Source: Candidatus Omnitrophota bacterium
GTDB taxonomy: Bacteria; Omnitrophota; Gorgyraeia; Gygaellales; Profunditerraquicolaceae
Assembly (NCBI GenBank): GCA_963805065.1
Contig: CAWDSS010000010.1
Coordinates: 920,359 to 984,358 of the forward strand
Direction: 5' to 3'
Length of the DNA: 64,000 nucleotides
The notes beneath the pieces were generated by a model. It saw only the letters and a program-made list of their open reading frames with translations, made no database searches and was not told the origin of the DNA. A program made the position numbers and the translations under genes. This document shows, piece after piece, positions 1 through 10,063 of this stretch. Position 1 is the first letter of the stretch. Each line of letters begins with the position of its first letter.

Positions 1-867
1 ATAACATCAAGCGTTTATGCTGCCAGGAAAAAGATGAATTTCTTGGTTATCAGCAAGGATATCGGCGGCCAGGCTGCCTGGAGCGGAGACATAGAAAATT
101 ACACCGGATACCAGTTTATTACGGGACCTGAGCTTGCAGAAAAGTTTGCAGAGCATATGCGCAGGTACAATGTCGGGGTGAAAGAAAATGAAACCGTACT
201 TGAAATAAGGAAGCCCGGTAATAGCGTTTTGGTTACAACCGATAAAGCCAAATATGAAGCCCGAAGCGTAATTATTGCTTCGGGAAAAAGGACGCGTGAA
301 TTGAATGTCCCGGGAGAAAAGGAATTCAAGAACAAAGGGTTAACTTACTGTGCTACCTGCGATGGGCCGTTATTTGCCGGCAGGGACGTGGCAGTTATCG
401 GAGGAGGAAATTCCGCATTAGACGCGTCCTTACAGCTTATGAATATAGCCAGGCATATTTATGTGATTAATATTACAGAGAAGTTAGGCGGAGATGCAAT
501 AATGCGCGAGAAAGTCGAACATAACAAAATAACAACCGTCTTTAATGACACTGCGGTAACCGCGGTAATCGGCGATAAGATGGTTAATGCCATTAAAATA
601 AACGTTAAGGGCAAGGAAGAAACGCTTGCGGTCCAGGGGGTGTTTGTGGAAGTAGGCCTTATGCCCAATAGCGAATTCGCAAAAGACATCGAAAAGAATC
701 AATGCGGGGAAATTAAGGTAAATTTACGCAATGAAACAAATATTGCGGGGATTTTTGCTGCCGGTGATGTTTCAGATGTGCCTGAGAAACAGATAATTAT
801 TGCTGCCGGAGAGGGTTCAAAAGCCTGCCTTAGCGCATTCAGATATTTAGCCGAACACAATTTTTAG
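1..867 (+). CDS. trxB: Thioredoxin-disulfide reductase (5' end lies outside the window)
   Basis: Frame is open from base 1 (ITSSVYAARKK precedes the first Met at 34). Redox-active CATCDG motif, GGGNSALD NAD(P)H motif, C-terminal AAGD FAD motif. Confidence 0.85.
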   Translation: MTSSVYAARKKMNFLVISKDIGGQAAWSGDIENYTGYQFITGPELAEKFAEHMRRYNVGVKENETVLEIRKPGNSVLVTTDKAKYEARSVIIASGKRTRELNVPGEKEFKNKGLTYCATCDGPLFAGRDVAVIGGGNSALDASLQLMNIARHIYVINITEKLGGDAIMREKVEHNKITTVFNDTAVTAVIGDKMVNAIKINVKGKEETLAVQGVFVEVGLMPNSEFAKDIEKNQCGEIKVNLRNETNIAGIFAAGDVSDVPEKQIIIAAGEGSKACLSAFRYLAEHNF

Positions 868-3665
868 AATTTAGCGCTCAAGAACTTTTCCAGTTTACTT
901 CTGTTGGTTTCAATTTCCTGGATTATCTTCTCAACTTGCTCTTGGGCAATTACGTTTCCATCTTGAGTGACATACCAGATATACCCGCCTGCGTCTACCT
1001 GCCAATATGGCTTGTAAGGCGAAGCAGAGTATGCGTTGGGTTGCCAGACGAGTTTAGCAGTTGCTGCACTAATGTCTCTAAGTAGCTTAGAATAGGCAAG
1101 AAGCTGTCCGTTTGAATATTTCTTCTTGGAAAGATTATTTAAAACATATTTTTGAATTAACTGTATTGCATGAGCTATATCTACCTTTAAAAGTATTTCC
1201 GGTGTCTTAGTCCAGCTCGCTTCTTTAAAATGCCCGTCTTTAGCATCAAGGATTATCACCCCCGAAGCTAAAAATTCCTTTCCTTTCTTCGTCTTTCCAA
1301 AAGGCACAAGATAATAATCGCTAAAATCTTTGTCCAGGCGCTTTACAAATATGGGGTTACCGGCAGTTGTGCCGTTGAAAGCGTCAACCGCACTTTGATC
1401 AGATAGCAGGTATGAGTCAACGATATCGCGCCAGCCCAGTTTCTTTAGGTGAGATTTTTTTAATTTTGCCGAAGTAAGTTTTATGCCTATAAACTCTAGG
1501 TTGCCAAAATCCTCTTCGGGTATTTTAATTTTCACTTTTGCATGGCCGGAATAATACGGGGGTTCTGCTACCTGGACAAACTCGCCGTTATAGGCATCAG
1601 TTGAAACCAGGGGCATAAAATAAGTTGACCCGCATTCTGCCGCGGTTTTATAAGTATCCGTTCCTATGCCGTTAATTACAGGGTCTTTTACCCATAATCC
1701 GTATACTGTAAAGTCAGGCGTATAAGTCGGGTTTGTGCGCGGCTCAGGGCAGGGATTGGCGCTGGTGGCATATCCTTTTACTGCAACCCAATGGTTGTAG
1801 TTTCCGTATATAGGCACTGCTGCCGGAGTATTAGGCCGGGCAACTAAAGCGCTGTCAGTTTTCCACCATTCCTCCTGTGTAACTAAATAAGCCATCCAGT
1901 GGCAGATATCGCGCATATAATTATTAAACGCATTGGAATCTAAATTCGGGTCATAAGTATCTACGGCATAGTTATAACCCTTATAAGGATTTCCGTCAGG
2001 TAGGCTGTCATAAACGTCAGCCCAGTCTGAGACCAAAGAATCATAAGGATCAAAATGCCCCAGAACTTTATCCATTTCATCGGCAGTTAAATCAGGGCCG
2101 AAGGCGCCAGGAGAACGCGCGTATTGATAAATTGTATTCTGGTCCAGTAATGCCGCGCCTGCGCCCTGGCGGACATAATTTAATAGCATTTGGGCTACAG
2201 CTGCACCTGTTGAATTGTAAGCGGTATTCTGATACCAGGGCATCTCTGTCATATTCAAGGTACAGGAAGTAGCCGGTATTCCTACTCCACCTCCCAGCTT
2301 GGTGGGATCAAACCCTGCTTTTGCAAAGGCATAATAGCAGGACGCAAGAGCAGCCTGGCAATTATAAGTATAGTATCCTGTACCCGTAGGAACGTTTCCT
2401 GCCACTGTTGCGTTAAGATAAGATGCGTAGGGAGCGACTTTTGCATTTGCGTCATCAGACGGGTTTACAAAAAAATTGTCCAGAGAAGAAACCAGAGTAT
2501 TATATTTATTCAGGTAGCCTTGAGATTTTATTTGGTTTCCCAGAGAGTAATGGATTTGAGCTGCCCTTAAATAGGCCAGCGCCATCTGTGAGGACATTTC
2601 TACCGAGCCGTAATCTCCGGTTTCTGATACGGAGAATCTAAAAAATATCGGGCTTGCGTCTGTGTTCAGGAAAGCAGTCCGGCTTTCTATAGCCGAAAAC
2701 ATAGCGTCAATTTCAGCATCTCTTTGCTCCTGTGTGTTCCCGAAGAAAGTATCCTGGGACATCATGGCTAGCGGCGCAAATGCCATTACGTCTGTAGCAA
2801 CATAACTGAAGTCACTCTTTATCCATGCTGTGCCGCTAAAAGTAGCTGAAGAGCTATACAGATGGACCGAAGTATCATACATACTTTTAAGCCAATTATC
2901 TATTTGGGTTGCTGCCTGGTTGTATTTTGTATCCGAAGTTACCTGATACAATGCCTCGAATGCGTAAAGCGCCCGTTCATTCTGTTCGCTAGATTTAAGG
3001 TTCCAGTAGAAATCTGATTGCGGTTCAGGATCATGATACATGCCCCTTGGCCCGTAGCGTATGCCGCCGTCTGTATCCTGCAACCTCAAGAGATAATCGC
3101 CCAAGAGCACAGCCATATTCCTGTAATCCTGATTGTTGGTTTTTTGGTATGCCTCAAGGGAGTCAATTATCAGGCAGGCGCTTGCTCCGGTGTCCACAAG
3201 CCAATCCCAGGTAGGCCACCAGTTTGTTTGGTCGCGGCCTAATATTCTTACCAGGCGGTACAGGCCGTTTGTTAAAGGAGTTCCATTAGCATCGTAGTAA
3301 TTGCCGTTTGTGTTAAACAAAGGGTTATTGGAATTGGTTAGTTGTGTCTTAAAATAATTAACATAAGTATCTAAAATAGTAGTAATCCCGCCGTTTAAAC
3401 AGATTCTTGCTAATATTGACTGATCGTAGCTTACTGCCCCGTAATTTATAAAAGCCTGGTCAGCAGTTGATTGTCCGCCAAGATAAATCTGGAAGCTTGG
3501 GGTTAGGCCCTGGAATCCGGAAGTATTGTCAACTGCCCTGTCAGTAAAGTACTTTATATAAGGTAAGGCAGTTTGATAAAGTCGTTGATCGCTACTCTGG
3601 GCTTGTAGACTTAGGGGAGAGAGAAGGCAAACAATTAATGCAATGGTTGAAATTCTGAATTTCAT
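864..3665 (-). CDS. Large secreted multidomain protein (933 aa), function unknown
   Basis: Long ORF with an N-terminal signal peptide (LSPLSLQA-QS). The N-terminal half has alpha/alpha-toroid-like segments (LQDTDGGIRYGPRG). The central part resembles a papain-like C39-type fold (NHWVAVKGY, VYGLWVKDP), but the nucleophile position reads STGAAVAQM. Confidence 0.6.
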   Translation of the reverse strand: MKFRISTIALIVCLLSPLSLQAQSSDQRLYQTALPYIKYFTDRAVDNTSGFQGLTPSFQIYLGGQSTADQAFINYGAVSYDQSILARICLNGGITTILDTYVNYFKTQLTNSNNPLFNTNGNYYDANGTPLTNGLYRLVRILGRDQTNWWPTWDWLVDTGASACLIIDSLEAYQKTNNQDYRNMAVLLGDYLLRLQDTDGGIRYGPRGMYHDPEPQSDFYWNLKSSEQNERALYAFEALYQVTSDTKYNQAATQIDNWLKSMYDTSVHLYSSSATFSGTAWIKSDFSYVATDVMAFAPLAMMSQDTFFGNTQEQRDAEIDAMFSAIESRTAFLNTDASPIFFRFSVSETGDYGSVEMSSQMALAYLRAAQIHYSLGNQIKSQGYLNKYNTLVSSLDNFFVNPSDDANAKVAPYASYLNATVAGNVPTGTGYYTYNCQAALASCYYAFAKAGFDPTKLGGGVGIPATSCTLNMTEMPWYQNTAYNSTGAAVAQMLLNYVRQGAGAALLDQNTIYQYARSPGAFGPDLTADEMDKVLGHFDPYDSLVSDWADVYDSLPDGNPYKGYNYAVDTYDPNLDSNAFNNYMRDICHWMAYLVTQEEWWKTDSALVARPNTPAAVPIYGNYNHWVAVKGYATSANPCPEPRTNPTYTPDFTVYGLWVKDPVINGIGTDTYKTAAECGSTYFMPLVSTDAYNGEFVQVAEPPYYSGHAKVKIKIPEEDFGNLEFIGIKLTSAKLKKSHLKKLGWRDIVDSYLLSDQSAVDAFNGTTAGNPIFVKRLDKDFSDYYLVPFGKTKKGKEFLASGVIILDAKDGHFKEASWTKTPEILLKVDIAHAIQLIQKYVLNNLSKKKYSNGQLLAYSKLLRDISAATAKLVWQPNAYSASPYKPYWQVDAGGYIWYVTQDGNVIAQEQVEKIIQEIETNRSKLEKFLSAKF

Positions 3666-3780
3666 TTTCTTCTTAACTCTAAATAAGGTAAAGGGTTTTA
3701 GCTCTATGGTAATTTAAGTAATAAAGTATAACACATAGGACATAAGAAATCAACTAAAAAACAAAAAATCAAGATTTTAC

Positions 3781-3809
3781 TTGACAAAATGGCAAATATA
3801 ATTTATACT
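3781..3809 (+). promoter_or_regulatory. Sigma70-type promoter candidate for the Rrf2-led operon
   Basis: TTGACA (3781-3786), 17-nt spacer, TATACT (3804-3809), 34 nt upstream of the Rrf2 start codon. Confidence 0.45.
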
Positions 3810-3842
3810 CTACTATAATGATAGAGATTATAGAGAAAAGCC

Positions 3843-4283
3843 ATGCATATAACTTATAGAGGCGATTACGCCTTAAAGACAATCCTGGATTTAGCCTTAC
3901 ACTACGGCAATAACCCTGTAACCATATCTGATTTAGCAAAACGGGCAGATATACCCATAAAATTTCTTGAGCAGATACTTTTGGATTTAAAGCGCGGCGG
4001 ATTTGTAGAAAGCAGGCGCGGCAAAATCGGCGGTTATCTTTTGGCAAGAGCGCCCTCTGAGATTAAACTGGGAGAAGTCATCAGGTTTATTGACGGTCCT
4101 ATTGAGGCAGTGGCTTGTGTGCATAATAATTACGCAGGGTGCCGTGATATATACAAATGTATTTTTAGAAGCATTTGGGAACAAGTAGCAGATTCTACTT
4201 CGGCAATCGTTGACAATATTACGTTTGAAGATTTAGTAAATAGGCTGAACAATGCAACGCCGGTATTTGCCTATCAAATTTAA
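3843..4283 (+). CDS. Rrf2-family transcriptional regulator (IscR/CymR-like)
   Basis: Rrf2 winged-helix signature (YALKTILDLA, ISDLAKRADIPIKFLEQILLDLKRGGFVESRRG). Three Cys spaced C-X7-C-X5-C sit where IscR-type Fe-S ligands lie. Confidence 0.85.
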   Translation: MHITYRGDYALKTILDLALHYGNNPVTISDLAKRADIPIKFLEQILLDLKRGGFVESRRGKIGGYLLARAPSEIKLGEVIRFIDGPIEAVACVHNNYAGCRDIYKCIFRSIWEQVADSTSAIVDNITFEDLVNRLNNATPVFAYQI

Positions 4284-4293
4284 TTTATACTAA

Positions 4294-5214
4294 ATGAAAA
4301 TAGCCAAAGACATTACTAAGCTTATCGGAAATACGCCGTTAGTGCAGTTAAACAGGGTTACCAGCGAATGTGTTGCTAATCTGGCTGCGAAATTGGAATT
4401 TTTTAACCCTTGTTCATCGGTAAAAGACAGAATCGGCTTAAGCATGATTGAGGCGGCGGAAAAAGAAGGTAAAATTAGAAAAGATACGATAATCTTGGAA
4501 CCTACTTCCGGAAACACTGGCATTGCTTTGGCTTTTGTGTGTGCGGTTAAGGGTTATAAATTGGTCTTGGCAATGCCTGAAACTATGAGCCTGGAAAGGC
4601 GCCAGGTATTGAAAGCTCTGGGTGCTGAAATTATTCTTACGCCGGGTACTGAAGGAATGACTGGAGCGCTAAAAAAGGCAGAAGAATTGTTAAAAAGCGA
4701 TAAACGTTATTTTATGCCGCAGCAATTTAAGAATAAAGCAAACCCGGAAATCCATCGCTGCACTACTGCCAAAGAAATTTGGGACGATACCGAAGGCAAT
4801 ATAGATATTTTGGTTGCGGGAGTAGGAACCGGTGGTACAATTACAGGAGTAGGAGAGGAAATTAAAAAGAAAAAACCTTCTTTGAGGGTAATTGCTGTTG
4901 AGCCAAAAGATTCTGCGGTCTTGTCCGGAGGAAAACCTGGGCCGCATAAAATTCAGGGAATCGGCGCAGGGTTTATCCCCGAAGTCTTAAATAGAGAAAT
5001 AATAGATGAGGTCATACAGGTTTCTAACGAAGATGCTTTTCTAACAGCCAGGAGACTTGCCAGTGAAGAAGGCATATTAGTAGGGATTTCTTCGGGTGCC
5101 GCGACTTTTGCTGCATTGGAAGTGGCGAGGAGAAAAGAAAATAAAGGTAAGCTTATCGTGGTAATATTGCCTGATACTGGCGAGCGTTATCTAAGCACGG
5201 AATTATTCAAGTAA
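4294..5214 (+). CDS. cysK: Cysteine synthase A (O-acetylserine sulfhydrylase)
   Basis: PLP-lysine motif SVKDR, TSGNTG loop and GVGTGGT loop; 306 aa. Confidence 0.9.
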   Translation: MKIAKDITKLIGNTPLVQLNRVTSECVANLAAKLEFFNPCSSVKDRIGLSMIEAAEKEGKIRKDTIILEPTSGNTGIALAFVCAVKGYKLVLAMPETMSLERRQVLKALGAEIILTPGTEGMTGALKKAEELLKSDKRYFMPQQFKNKANPEIHRCTTAKEIWDDTEGNIDILVAGVGTGGTITGVGEEIKKKKPSLRVIAVEPKDSAVLSGGKPGPHKIQGIGAGFIPEVLNREIIDEVIQVSNEDAFLTARRLASEEGILVGISSGAATFAALEVARRKENKGKLIVVILPDTGERYLSTELFK

Positions 5215-5226
5215 GGAGGAATAAAG

Positions 5227-5448
5227 ATGAAAGAAAAAGTAGAACAGGCTTTGGAAAAAATTCGTCCCATGCTTATGGCTGACGGAGGAAACGTGGAATT
5301 GGTAGAAATCACTGATGACGGAGTCGTGAAACTGAAGCTTACAGGAGCTTGTGGCTCTTGTCCCATGAGCTCAATGACTCTAAAGATGGGCATAGAGAGG
5401 ATTTTAAAAAAGGAAATCCCGGAGATTAAAGAGGTCGTTGCATTATAA
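5227..5448 (+). CDS. NifU C-terminal (Nfu-type) Fe-S assembly domain protein
   Basis: 73 aa with the [13 protein letters not shown] motif typical of Nfu domains. Confidence 0.8.
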   Translation: MKEKVEQALEKIRPMLMADGGNVELVEITDDGVVKLKLTGACGSCPMSSMTLKMGIERILKKEIPEIKEVVAL

Positions 5449-5459
5449 GGATGTAGCCA

Positions 5460-6671
5460 ATGAAAACCATAAAAGAAATAAATGACAAAATCAAAAAAGG
5501 CGAAGTTGTAGTTGTGACTGCCGAGGAACTAATTGAGCTGGTAGACAAAAATGGGGCAAAGAAATGCGCCGAGGAAATCGATGTTGTTACCACCGGCACT
5601 TTCGGCCCGATGTGCTCATCCGGAGCATACTTCAATATCGGCCATTCTAAGCCGCGGATTAAACTGGGAGGCGGGGTTTGCAAGCTTAATGACGTGCCCT
5701 GCTACACCGGCTTTGCGGCAGTGGATATTTACCTGGGAGCCACCGCCATTCCTGATGATGACCCCAGGAATAAAGTTTATCCCGGCGAATTTAAGTACGG
5801 CGGAGCACACGTCCTACAAGAATTAGTCAGCGGTAAGGACGTGCGCCTCGAAGCAACTGCTTATGGAACAGATTGTTACCCTCGTAAAAAACTTGAAACT
5901 TACGTAAATCTTAAGGATCTAAATGAAGCGGTATTATTTAATATCCGTAATTGTTACCAGAATTACAATGTAGCAGTGAATTTATCCGATAAAATGATTT
6001 ATACCTACATGGGTGCTTTAAAGCCTCATATAGGAAATGCAAATTATTGCTCTGCGGGACAATTGTCTCCGCTGTTAAAGGATCCGCTTTATAAAACCAT
6101 AGGCGTGGGAACAAAGATTTTCTTAGGCGGAGGCATTGGGTTTGTAGCCTGGCATGGTACACAACACAATCCTTCTGTAGCCAGGAAAGAAAACTCCACC
6201 CCAAAAATGCCTGCAGGCACAATTGCTGTAATCGGAGATTTAAAACAGATGAAACCCCAGTGGCTTGTGGGAACCAGTATGTTTGGTTACGGGGTGAGCC
6301 TTACCGTTGGTATAGGTGTTCCTATACCCATATTGAATGAAGAGATACTCAAAGGAGCTTCGCTTTCCGATAAAGAACTCTTTACGCAAATAGTTGATTA
6401 CAGTAATGCCTATCCTCAATGTGTGCCGGGTTCTTTAGGCGAAGTAACTTATGCGCAGCTTAAATCCGGTAAAATTATTGTGCAGGATAAAGAAGTGCCT
6501 ACCGGTAATTTATCCAGCTATTCCAAGGCACGTGAGATTGCCGAAGAATTAAAATTCTGGATAAAGAAGGGTAATTTTCTTTTGACAGAGCCTGTTTCGC
6601 CTTTGCCTTCAGCTGAATCCGGGTATAGTTTTAAGCCTTTAAAAGAAAGGCCGATTATAATAGAGGAGTAA
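5460..6671 (+). CDS. DUF39/COG1900 homocysteine-biosynthesis (sulfur incorporation) protein
   Basis: 403 aa. The N-terminus (INDKIKKGEVVVVTAEE ... DVVTTGTFGPMCSSGAYFN) matches my recollection of the COG1900 family. It sits directly upstream of a NIL-ferredoxin gene. Confidence 0.7.
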   Translation: MKTIKEINDKIKKGEVVVVTAEELIELVDKNGAKKCAEEIDVVTTGTFGPMCSSGAYFNIGHSKPRIKLGGGVCKLNDVPCYTGFAAVDIYLGATAIPDDDPRNKVYPGEFKYGGAHVLQELVSGKDVRLEATAYGTDCYPRKKLETYVNLKDLNEAVLFNIRNCYQNYNVAVNLSDKMIYTYMGALKPHIGNANYCSAGQLSPLLKDPLYKTIGVGTKIFLGGGIGFVAWHGTQHNPSVARKENSTPKMPAGTIAVIGDLKQMKPQWLVGTSMFGYGVSLTVGIGVPIPILNEEILKGASLSDKELFTQIVDYSNAYPQCVPGSLGEVTYAQLKSGKIIVQDKEVPTGNLSSYSKAREIAEELKFWIKKGNFLLTEPVSPLPSAESGYSFKPLKERPIIIEE

Positions 6672-6675
6672 AGCC

Positions 6676-7083
6676 ATGGTATCAAAAAGAATTGTACTGC
6701 ATTTTCCGCATCGTCTGGTGGACCAGCCGATTATTTATAAACTGGTCAAGGAATTTGACCTGCAGTTCAATATATTAAAAGCCTTTGTCACGCCCCAGGA
6801 AGAAGGGCTGATGGTCCTGGAATTAAGCGGAAAGAGGGAGAATTTTAACAAAGGCGTTGAATATCTGCAGTCCTGCGGAGTGAAGATTCAGCCATTGAGC
6901 CAGGATGTTATACGCAATGAAAGCAAGTGCACAAACTGCGGGGTATGTGTTCCTATATGCCCAACGGGGGCATTGGTAGTTGACCAGCAAACCCGCAAGG
7001 TAATTTTCTATGATAAAAAATGTATTGCCTGCGAGCTGTGCGTAAAGATTTGCCCTCCCCGGGCAATGGAGGTTAGTTTTTAA
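6676..7083 (+). CDS. NIL-domain / 2x[4Fe-4S] ferredoxin protein
   Basis: N-terminal NIL-like domain, then two CX2CX2CX3CP motifs (CTNCGVCVPICP, CIACELCVKICP). Confidence 0.75.
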   Translation: MVSKRIVLHFPHRLVDQPIIYKLVKEFDLQFNILKAFVTPQEEGLMVLELSGKRENFNKGVEYLQSCGVKIQPLSQDVIRNESKCTNCGVCVPICPTGALVVDQQTRKVIFYDKKCIACELCVKICPPRAMEVSF

Positions 7084-7085
7084 AT

Positions 7086-7943
7086 TTGAACCCGAAGTTA
7101 AGGAAATTAAAAAAAATAATTGCCGGATACGGTTCTTGTTTGGTTGCTTTTTCAGGCGGAGTTGACAGCACCCTACTTTTAAAAATCGCATCGGGGGTTT
7201 TGCCGAAGAACAGGCTGCTGGCAGTTACTGCTAATTCCGCAACTTTTCCCCAGGAGGAACTTAAAGCAGCTAAAGATATTGCCAGGAGCCTGGGTGTAAG
7301 GCATAAGGTAATAATTACGCCTGAGTTAAAAAACAAGAATTTTATTGCCAATCCGGTTAACCGTTGCTATTTCTGTAAAAAAGAACTTTTCGGCAGGCTT
7401 AAAAGTATCGCCAAAAAATCCAGATTAAATTTTGTAATTGAAGCAGGCAACATCTCTGATGAAAAGGATTTTCGGGCAGGTAGCATCGCAAAGAAAGAAT
7501 TAGGAATCCTTTCTCCGCTTTGCGAAGCAGGTTTGACAAAACAAGAAATCCGCATCCTTAGCAAAAAACTAAAGCTAGAAACCTGGGATAAGCCAAGCTT
7601 GGCTTGCCTTGCCTCAAGGATTCCTTACGGGGTAAGAATTTCAAAGCCGTTGTTGGACCGTGTTCATCGGGCAGAATTGTATTTGAAAGGCCTTGGGTTT
7701 AAGCAGGTAAGAGTCAGGCATTATAACGGCTTGTGCCGTATAGAAGTTTTAAAAAACGATATTGCTAAGTTAATGGACAAGCGCGTCCAGGTCGCTAGTA
7801 AATTAAGGAGACTCGGGTATAATTACATCACTATAGATTTAGAAGGTTACCGCACCGGAAGCTTAAACCCCGTTAGAAACGCCAAGGCTATTAAATGTAA
7901 AAATAAGTTTTCTAACGGGGTAAATGAGGTGATTGGGCAATGA
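7086..7943 (+). CDS. PP-loop ATP pyrophosphatase, LarE-like sulfur transferase family
   Basis: SGGVDS PP-loop and a conserved ACLASR cysteine segment. TTG start; 4-nt overlap with the next gene. Confidence 0.7.
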   Translation: MNPKLRKLKKIIAGYGSCLVAFSGGVDSTLLLKIASGVLPKNRLLAVTANSATFPQEELKAAKDIARSLGVRHKVIITPELKNKNFIANPVNRCYFCKKELFGRLKSIAKKSRLNFVIEAGNISDEKDFRAGSIAKKELGILSPLCEAGLTKQEIRILSKKLKLETWDKPSLACLASRIPYGVRISKPLLDRVHRAELYLKGLGFKQVRVRHYNGLCRIEVLKNDIAKLMDKRVQVASKLRRLGYNYITIDLEGYRTGSLNPVRNAKAIKCKNKFSNGVNEVIGQ

Positions 7944-9103
7944 AAAGAGTATATCTGGATTATGCCGCAACTACGCCTTGCGACCCCGAAGTCTTAAAGG
8001 CCATGGAGCCGTATTTCTTTAAAGAATTCGGCAATGCTTCCAGCCTGCATGCTTTTGGGCAAGAGGCAAAGCATGCAATTGAGGATTCCCGCGAGAAACT
8101 CGCTGCATTCATCGGCGCTAAACCCGATGAAATAGTGTTTACTTCGGGAGGCACCGAATCCAATAATTTTGCCATTAAAGGCGCAGCCTTTGCCCTGGAA
8201 AATAAGGGAAACCACATCATTACTACTGATATCGAACATCATGCCGTAACAGAACCCTGTAAATTCCTTGAGAAAAGAGGCTTTAAGGTTACTTTTGTCG
8301 GCGTGGATAAATACGGCATGGTTTCTGCACAGGATATTAAAAAAGCAATTACCGATAAAACTATTCTCATTTCTGTTATGCATGCCAATAATGAAATCGG
8401 TACGATTCAACCTATAGCTGAAATAGGAGAAATTGCCAGAGAAAAAGGCATTTGTTTTCATACCGATGCAGTGCAGACCTTAGGGCATATCCCGGTGAAT
8501 GTAGATGAGTTGAATGTCAGTCTCCTCTCGCTTTCAGCGCATAAATTCTATGGGCCCAAAGGCGTAGGCGCCTTGTACATCCGTAAAGGCACGCGCATAG
8601 AAACATTTCTGCATGGCGGAGACCAGGAAAAGGGAAGGCGCGCATCCACTCATAATACTCCCGGGATAGTGGGCTTGGGTGAGGCTATAGAATTATGCCG
8701 GGATAAAATGGCAGAAGAAGCAAAATACCAGATAAGTTTACGCGATAAATTCATAAAGGCAGCGGCTAAAGAAATTCCCGAAAGTTACCTGAATGGCCAT
8801 CCGCTAAAAAGGCTGCCTAATAATGTCAATATTTCCATAAGGTACATCGAAGGAGAATCTATCTTGCTCAACCTGGATATGCTGGGTATTGCTGTTTCAA
8901 CCGGCTCAGCATGTACCTCAAGTTCTCTTGAGCCTTCGCATGTATTATTGGCTATCGGATTAACGCATGAGGTTGCCCACGGCTCATTAAGAGTGACTTT
9001 GGGCAGATGGACAAAAGAAGAAGATATCAATTATCTTTTGGAATGCCTTCCTAAAATCGTGGAAAAATTACGCGCAATGTCCCCCCTCTACGAGAAGAAA
9101 TAA
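7940..9103 (+). CDS. Cysteine desulfurase (NifS/IscS class)
   Basis: Class-V aminotransferase. PLP-lysine context SAHKFYGPKG; active-site loop STGSACTSSSLEPSHVL. Confidence 0.9.
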   Translation: MKRVYLDYAATTPCDPEVLKAMEPYFFKEFGNASSLHAFGQEAKHAIEDSREKLAAFIGAKPDEIVFTSGGTESNNFAIKGAAFALENKGNHIITTDIEHHAVTEPCKFLEKRGFKVTFVGVDKYGMVSAQDIKKAITDKTILISVMHANNEIGTIQPIAEIGEIAREKGICFHTDAVQTLGHIPVNVDELNVSLLSLSAHKFYGPKGVGALYIRKGTRIETFLHGGDQEKGRRASTHNTPGIVGLGEAIELCRDKMAEEAKYQISLRDKFIKAAAKEIPESYLNGHPLKRLPNNVNISIRYIEGESILLNLDMLGIAVSTGSACTSSSLEPSHVLLAIGLTHEVAHGSLRVTLGRWTKEEDINYLLECLPKIVEKLRAMSPLYEKK

Positions 9104-9104
9104 C

Positions 9105-10061
9105 ATGATAGAAAAGATCATCGAATTGTTGAGAAAGAAACCTGATTATGTTTCAGGCGACCAGATTGCCACGCGCTTAGGCGTAACGCGCCAGGCGTTA
9201 TGGAAACATATCCAGGAGTTAAAAGAGCTGGGTTATGACATTGTAGCAGTGCCGCATTTAGGCTACAGGCTTGAATCCGGGCCTGACAGGCTGTTTAGTT
9301 TTGAAGTTTCCCGCGACCTGAACACTAAATTCATCGGGAAGAAAATTTATTATTTTGACGCAATCGCTTCCACAATGGAAGCTGCCATGCAATTGGGAAT
9401 TCAGGGCGCTAATGAAGGGACAATAATCTTAGCCGAATCCCAGACCAAAGGCAAGGGAAGGCTGGGAAGGAATTGGTTCTCTCCCAAATATAAAGGCATT
9501 TATTTATCCCTGATTTTAAGGCCAAAGATATTGCCGTCGCAAGCTTCAATTCTTACTTTTTTAAGCGCTATTAGCGTGTGCGAAGCAATAAAAGAAATAA
9601 CCGGCATGGATACGCAGATAAAGTGGCCGAATGATATAATGCTGGCAAATAAAAAAGCAGGCGGCATATTGACAGAGCTGAACGCCGAAATGGATAAGGT
9701 TAATTTTGTAATTATCGGTATAGGTTTAAACATTAATAATGACAAAAAGACACTACTTAGCCTAGCAACTTCCCTGAGAGAGCACAAAAAAGAACCGGTA
9801 AGCCGCATCGGCATTTTACAGGAACTTTTACGCAAAATTGAAGCAAATTATTTACTCCTGCAACACAAGGGCTCCCGGCCGATTGTTGAGAAATGGCGCG
9901 AACATAGTATTACCCTGGGCAAAAGAGTCAAGGTCTATTGCCAGAAGGAGCATGTAGAGGGAGAGGCGCTAGACGTAGATATAGACGGAGGCCTGCTGAT
10001 CAGAAAAGATTCCGGCATCACCGAGAAGGTCATGGCTGGAGACGTGGTGCATTCCAGATAA
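9105..10061 (+). CDS. birA: Bifunctional biotin operon repressor / biotin-protein ligase
   Basis: N-terminal HTH (DQIATRLGVTRQALWKHIQEL) and ligase motif GKGRLGRNW. Confidence 0.9.
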   Translation: MIEKIIELLRKKPDYVSGDQIATRLGVTRQALWKHIQELKELGYDIVAVPHLGYRLESGPDRLFSFEVSRDLNTKFIGKKIYYFDAIASTMEAAMQLGIQGANEGTIILAESQTKGKGRLGRNWFSPKYKGIYLSLILRPKILPSQASILTFLSAISVCEAIKEITGMDTQIKWPNDIMLANKKAGGILTELNAEMDKVNFVIIGIGLNINNDKKTLLSLATSLREHKKEPVSRIGILQELLRKIEANYLLLQHKGSRPIVEKWREHSITLGKRVKVYCQKEHVEGEALDVDIDGGLLIRKDSGITEKVMAGDVVHSR

Positions 10062-10063
10062 GA

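Noticed and set aside
7994-8461. A 155-aa minus-strand ORF.
   Set aside because: It is antisense within the well-supported cysteine desulfurase gene.
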